A DNA stretch of 26,942 nt from Macrostomum lignano (taxonomy: Eukaryota), in assembly GCA_002269645.1 (NCBI GenBank), contig NIVC01000047.1, positions 1 through 26,942 on the forward strand, written 5' to 3'. Position 1 is the stretch's first letter. Every line of letters starts with the position of its first letter. Position numbers and translations under genes: made by a program. The notes beneath the pieces were generated by a model. It had not been told where the DNA came from and made no database searches. It was given only the letters and a program-made list of their open reading frames with translations. Shown here piece by piece: positions 21,601-26,942 of this stretch.

Positions 21601-21725
21601 TGCCATGCGTCAAACTCGTCTATAGTATCTGTTGCAAGATCGAGACGCGGGATCTGTAGCCCAGGAAGGCTGAACCGACTGGTACTTGCAGTCACAGCAG
21701 CGGCTCCTGCTCCTTGGCTTGTCAC
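18619..21725 (-). pseudogene. pol: Fragmented gag-pol of element C (gag N-terminus, RT, RNase H, integrase)
   Basis: ORFs 21282..21725, 20814..21035, 20372..20725, 20107..20325, 19464..20006, 19230..19486 and 18619..19056 are collinear, broken by frameshifts and stops. Confidence 0.93.
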
Positions 21726-21830
21726 TGGTCTCGTAGGCGATATCGATCGCGGGGTTTTTTATCCCATCGCTGGATTCGGGCTTTTGCTCATTCTTGCTGA
21801 TCAGATTGATGCTAGCAGCAGGTCAGATAA

Positions 21831-21845
21831 CTGCTTGCGACGCCA
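21831..21845 (-). promoter_or_regulatory. Primer binding site of element C
   Basis: TGGCGTCGCAAGCAG directly follows the CA end of the 5' LTR. The cognate tRNA was not determined. Confidence 0.85.
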
Positions 21846-22002
21846 TGTTCTGTTTTGGGGCTGGTGCGCCCAAGTAATGCAGCCTTGATTCTGACAGTAG
21901 GTTATTATATTTTATTTATTGTCGCGGGATAGCCGAGCACTTATACTAGTGCATACTTTGGGCCATAGAAGAACATAACTGTGAGTATGCGTTAATCCAA
22001 CA
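21846..22002 (-). repeat. 5' LTR of element C
   Basis: Intact TGT...ACA termini, with flanking TSD GTGAC. Confidence 0.97.
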
Positions 22003-22007
22003 GTGAC

Positions 22008-22153
22008 TTCACCTGCCCCAATCCTTTACATAGAAGACGATAATGAATTCAGATTCAACGATGTGCTGAGCGCTATAAACCACCCACTAAAACTGACACC
22101 TGTAATTGGAAGCTAAACTGGCTTCCTTGTCTCTTTTAGAGGCTGAATGGAGG
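22008..22153. repeat. Remainder of copy 2 of the 160-bp tandem duplication
   Basis: Aligns to 18236-18381. Confidence 0.92.
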
Positions 22154-22299
22154 TGCATTGCAGGTTGTCGCACTCGACTGCTTATATATCAGGTTCGCTC
22201 TAAAATAAGCGAAGTCAGATGCATATCTTGTTAAACATTATACGATTTACAAGACAGATATTTTGTCTGTCCGAACGTTGGTGAGGAGGCTGCCATTCA

Positions 22300-23706
22300 C
22301 CATTATCAGAGTTCGGCTCTTGAGATTGCCTTGACGTTAGGAATATCACCGTGATGGTAGTAGTGACTGGCACCACAATGAGTGCACTCATCATGGACAC
22401 AATCAGGAAGCCCAAGGACATGATCAGCCGTCAAAGCTTGGGGTCCGGCTGACCTGCCGATATCGCATCGCCCACTGCACAGAACATTGCATTCGTCACC
22501 ATAGTGATGAAGTGCACTGAAGCAGGTGGTGAAGCGCTGCAGTCTAGAGAAATTTGTCTCAGTAGATCGCTTCATCACGGTTACCCACAAGTGCTCGTCT
22601 GTGAGCTTGCAACCAAAGTTGTTGCGGAGGATAGCCGGTGAACGGCTCGTGTCGCCGTGGGAAGACAGATAAGTTGATACAGGCTGTCCGTCATCGCTCA
22701 GTGGGGTGTGCGGTATGAAGAAGTTGTACGCAAAGTTTTATAGATATAATCAGAGAGATTCATCTATCAGGATTTAGCGACCACTCATGCATGTCTTTAG
22801 TGACTGTCCGTGACAACAATCTTTCTCAGCATCCAGAGCTCCAATTCCTCATGCGCGGCAGTCATTTGCAGTTGAATTTTGAGAATATCTCCTAAATTAC
22901 TGCCTGTCGTCATGTGGAATCGATCAATGGTATTGCTATTGAAGCTCTGAAATTTCGTGCCATTATATGTGAATCTAGTGCAACGGATTTTATCGCTTTT
23001 AAACGGCGTTTCACCTGTCGGATTCCATCGTCAAGTATTCTGGAATATTCTATACTACAAGATGTTCCAACAACAGTCATGCAGATTTTTTGTACACAGC
23101 AGTCAAGTTTTCCGTTGAATGCGTTGATGAGGTAGACTTGCGCCAGACTTCTGCCATCTATCAGTGGTTGTAGGTAAACTGAAAGCATTTTCGCATTTAA
23201 GATTTTGTTTTTGCAAGAAGAGTATTAAAAATAACTGAACAGCTAACCAGTATGCTATTTCGCTTGTCAGCCCATCTCAAAATGGTATTGATGGGAATGA
23301 AGATAAGCCCCACAAAGTCACCACGATGGTGACGGCGGCAGCGCTGCCTACCTTCTGTTATTTTTGAATGAAAGGCACTGGAGGCACAACTGCATTTACT
23401 CTCGGCTTGTTCACCGCCCCTTTGCAGATTCCTCTTCACTGACGATACTATTCTCGACCTCAAGTGGCTGCAGTTGTACCCGGAATTCAATCTTATCCAT
23501 TAGGTCGCGGCCAATGATCTTTTTGCCCGACCTCATGATGTAGAAATCGTGCTGCAGCTAACGACTCTTGTGTTTAACGGTCGCAATCTGTTTTCCGCCG
23601 CAAGCTTTTAGCTGCATTGCAGAAGGTCTTAGCTGCTATTCTCCCCAGGTCCTTGCTATGGCTTCGCTCATCAGTGACACTTCAGCCCAGCAGTCGACCA
23701 TCAGGC
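22300..23706 (-). pseudogene. Putative decayed Polinton/Maverick-type protein-primed DNA polymerase B, C-terminal part
   Basis: Collinear degenerate motifs: SGYN (~23480), GLIFIPINTILR (~23290; GLF..YINTFLK), RSLAQVYLINAFNGKL (~23130; motif B R.LAKL.LNS.WGK), TAAHEELEL..VTDS (~22800-22860; TA.ARL.LY...DTDS), KLTDE (~22605), SAGPQ (~22445; S.GPK), NVKAIS (~22330; KVKG). Judged by eye across frameshifts. Confidence 0.5.
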
Positions 23707-23856
23707 TGAAGTTTCTCGTGATCGCTTTGCCAGTGAGAAAATGAAATGTGCGCTCGTTCATTTATCTTAGCCTGTGGGCTCCTTGACTGAAACGAGACGA
23801 ATAAAAATCAGAAGTGGTCATATACAAATGATGCGGCTGTCTCTGGCCGCCACACA
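23707..23856 (-). repeat. 3' LTR of element D (~150 bp)
   Basis: Adjacent to PPT GGTGGGGGGAGC. About 17 mismatches over the first ~95 bp against the 26267 copy (~82%). Confidence 0.85.
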
Positions 23857-26266
23857 GCTCCCCCCACCAGCGTTGAGCTACCTGCCGAAATGCGCCGGTC
23901 AGCACTGCTTTGACCGGCACGCGCCGGGGCGACCCCGTGGGCGAAGAGCCGGCTGTAGGACAGGGTCGATGATATCGAGAATGGCCGGCTTTAAACTGTC
24001 AACGCTCAGCCAATCGCGCCACCGCGTGCCCAGGTCTAACAAAAATGTCTTGGCTTCCCTCTCGATGACTCTGAATGGCCCGGCGTATGGCTTCTGGAGT
24101 GGAGAGCCGTCCAGGCACATAATAACAAATTTGCAGGTGTTGAAAGCTGCGGGCCAGGCGGATGGTCGTCTGCCATAGTGCGACGTCGGCACCGGCCGAA
24201 AAGTCTGCAGGGCTGTGCACAACTGAACCAGGAACTGGTCGTGGCCGCCAGCATCGGTGATGCTGCGCATCAGGCACTCTCCAGAGACACTGAGCGGCGC
24301 CCCGTACACCAGCTCTGCCGATGATGCCGGCAGGTCCTCCTTGAGAGCTGTGCAGACCTCTAGCAACACCCAGGGCAACTCGCTGACCCAGGCTGATCCT
24401 GACAAGCGCGCCATCAATGAAGCCTTGAGCTGCCGGTGAAATCTTTTCACCGGATGGAAAGCCGTTGTCGCATGCAACTGCATGCCAAGTAGGCGGGTGA
24501 TGTTGGTTGGTCCACAACTACGAAGTGAACGGTGCGCCCCAGTCCGAGGTGATATTTATTGGTACACTGGACATGGCGATCCAGTGAGCAATTAGAGCGG
24601 ATGCACATGCAGCTGCTGACGTGTCGGCAATAGACTCGCCTCTAGCCACCGGGTGAAACGGTCTACTATTGTAAACAGCTGCGTGAAACCCTGGGATTGT
24701 GGCAGTGGCCCCACCAGATTGACATGGATGTGGGGGCGAAACGCTGGTTGGGGACCTGTTCTACCTACAGGTGCGATAACATGCCGATGAGCCTTGGCCG
24801 TCTTGCAAGCGACGCAGTTGCGGGCCCACTGGCTAATGTCATTGTTCCTGCCGGCCGAGACGAACTTTACAGTCATAAGGCGACTTGATCTGCGGACCGA
24901 TGGGTGAGCGAGGCCGTGGATGGCGTCGAAAACTGCGCGACAGAAATCCGGAGGTGCCAAAGGACGCAGCAGGCCGGTGGAGATATCGCAGAGCGGGGCG
25001 GTTCCAGAGCCGAGCTGCAGTGGCTTGAGCTGGAGGTTGGTATCCGCCAGAGCAATGGTGCTGCCGGGCAGCAGCATGGCTTTTTGAGCGTTGATCTAGT
25101 GGCCCAGGAAGTTTGATCGCACTTGTCCGGGTTGATGGTAAGGCCGTTTTCAGCTATGTGCTCCCGGTGCTGCTGCGAGCCGCGGCTGGCCACCAGGATA
25201 TCATCGATGTAGGCGAAGACAAAATCAAGGTCCTGGCAGATTGAATCGACGGGACGCTGGAAAGCTTGGGCGACGTTCTTGAGCCCAAACGGCATTCGCA
25301 GGAACTCGAAGAGGCCAAACGGTGTGATGACAGCGGTCTTGAAAACGTCGGCAGCGCGACGGGCATCTGGTGGTAGTCTCGCACTAGGTCAATTTTGGCG
25401 AAAACCGAGCTACCCTCCAGGTGTGCCGAAAAGTCCTGAATGTGACTTTTCGGCGCACTGGCAGTGACGACACTGGATAGCGGTCGGGCATCGTGGCGTC
25501 GTTGAGCCTCCTGGAGTTACCACAGGGCCGCCAAGGAACGACAAGTAGCCGAGATCCAGAGTTAGCTGGCAGGTACCGGAGGTCCTGATCCGACTGCTCT
25601 TGGCTGCGTAGAGCGGTGGGCTTTGGAGAAAATCATATGTCTGCCCCTGCCACTGGAAATATGCTGACTTCAGCGTCCGTGCTTATTAGGAAACGCCGGT
25701 CTGTCTGTAAATCCGGGATGAGGAGCAGGCTGCTGCTGCTGCCGGCCGCAGAGCTGTTCACTGACACCCGCCCGTTTCCCTGAAATTGACAAAGCGCTTC
25801 ACAACGTCTGGCCTTTGTGCCGAACTTCTTATGAACGTAGCACAGATCAGTGGCTTCCTCGGAGGGACGCAGTGATGGCCGGTCGCGGGAGAAACGGCTT
25901 CTACTGCTCTTGCGGGCGCCGCAACTACTAGCTTGTCGAGCTGCTGAACTTCGGCCACCAACGACTGGGCTCGGCTGGCCCAAAGCTTGTCGGCGAGGTG
26001 TGTCACTGCTTCTCCAGTACGTCCAGAAGTCGCTGACCGAATGCTGATCCAGAGATGCGTCCAAATGCTGGTATGTAGTTTTGTCTCGTGTTATTCCTTG
26101 GAGGCTCAAATGTGCCTCGGCCTGGATGAACCAAGCCCATGCCTGAGCAGGCCAAAATGTCGGCAACTTGACCGCTACAGCCTTGGTGGTTGAATTTCTG
26201 AGGCGCTGCGTCTTCTGCGTGCTCAGGCATGCTCAAACTTGCAGTTTAAATAGTCGGGCTCACGAA

Positions 26267-26382
26267 TGAAGTGACTCGCGATCGCGAAGCCAGTGAGAAA
26301 AGGAAGAGTGCGCTCGTTTATTTCTTTCAGCCTGTGGGCTTCTTAACTGTAAAGAGACGCGTACAAATGAGTACTGGCTATA
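26267..26382 (-). repeat. Truncated 5' LTR of element D
   Basis: Aligns to 23707-~23823, after which similarity is lost. It adjoins a PBS-like TCGTGAGCCCGAC, resembling TGGTGACCCCGAC (tRNA-Trp-like). Confidence 0.8.
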
Positions 26383-26384
26383 GC

Positions 26385-26942
26385 TTAAGCTGCCCAATGG
26401 TCAGTAGAGCTGACCCAACAGCCTTTACTGCTATTAATTTTTTTGGAATCTATGGTAAAAGAAAAGTTATGTGCTGCACAGTAGCCGTTCCTGCCGAGCA
26501 TGGCCAGCGAAATCATACGAAAAATGGATGAAAAAAGTCCTACTTATCTGCAATGGAATGCAGCGATTCAGTTTCAGCATTCTCTGTGATGACATCATCA
26601 GTCTTAGAATCCGATGTACGCAAAATTTCCATGCTTGTAGCTGATTTACTTTTCAATAAAATGATGCACTGCTCGTATTAAGGAGGTGTAGTGCTTTCTC
26701 TTTCAAAAAGGCGTGTTTGGAGATTTTAAAGTGAACTGTAGTGTCTATAGCTAGACATCGAGTGTACACACTGCATAATCTAATTAGAGAGCATTAAGTA
26801 AAATGCACTTTGAAACTGCTTTTTTCAACCTAGGTTTGTCCAAGCTAAGTATAAAATGCTGCCTTCTCGGCTAGAAAGGCTTTGCACAGGGGCGCAATAA
26901 GATTCTAGCTATGGTCTATGGTCGGCATGTCGGCAGGAGCGA
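26385..26942 (-). pseudogene. Putative upstream part of the same Polinton/Maverick-type pPolB
   Basis: QFQSAFY (~26810; EF.GCFWH-like), YEQ...SYK/MEI (~26625-26680; LY..T...GY.V.EIWEC-like), GR(T) (~26490; GGRT-like), S/LY.PLG (~26400; SLYP-like). All are highly degenerate. Confidence 0.4.

Larger units (their letters stand above)
18396..22002 (-). mobile_element. Ty3/Gypsy element C with both LTRs and TSD; most of gag and all of the protease deleted
   Basis: 157-bp LTRs at 18396-18552 and 21846-22002; TSD GTGAC at 18391-18395 and 22003-22007; PBS TGGCGTCGCAAGCAG; PPT AAAAGGGGAGA. RT VVDD, RNase H LHTDAS and VTDHKPL, integrase HQG...YWPG...CKSC and ADF...IVDAYS. Confidence 0.97.
23707..26382 (-). 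mobile_element. Older Ty3/Gypsy element D with multiple internal deletions (RNase H absent)
   Basis: Gag VAVKLPTFWP..AWFIQAE and CYVHKKFG..ARRC; protease RRFLISTDAEVS; RT MPFGLKN...YIDDILVAS; integrase HGLAHP...CVAC, VGPLP..IVDRFTRW and PYAGPFRVI. LTR copies begin tgaagt at 23707 and 26267; PPT at 23857-23868; degenerate PBS at 26253-26264. Confidence 0.93.

Noticed and set aside
1690-22002. Elements A (gag+PR) and C (RT+RH+IN) as a complementing bipartite pair
   Set aside because: Their LTRs share no visible similarity and both copies are disabled, so there is no evidence they belong to one system.
22306-22590. Zinc-finger host protein (CTHCGASHYYH)
   Set aside because: It is a short ORF with no start context, inside the decayed region assigned tentatively to pPolB. 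The Cys/His pattern does not match a finger I recognise.

Overview
Eukaryotic, probably invertebrate, DNA dominated by decayed transposons. The base composition and repeat types would fit a free-living flatworm such as Macrostomum, but that is an unverified impression. There is one credible host gene: a long terminal coding exon (~4734-6385, +) of a Mab-21/cGAS-like receptor (cGLR) nucleotidyltransferase. Its N-terminal catalytic exon(s) must lie beyond the left edge, across at least 4.7 kb of nested antisense Gypsy sequence. The rest is a TE stack: a mariner with TIRs and TA TSD (6712-7895), several MITE-like elements, a truncated BEL/Pao (~12280-16466) and two LINE RT remnants. It also holds a Gypsy with both LTRs, PBS, PPT and a 5-bp TSD inserted into a 160-bp tandem duplication (18396-22002), and an older Gypsy (23707-~26382). 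That older Gypsy appears to split a heavily decayed Polinton/Maverick-type protein-primed DNA polymerase B gene (~22300-26942, -). All family calls come from motif recognition by eye; no searches were run.
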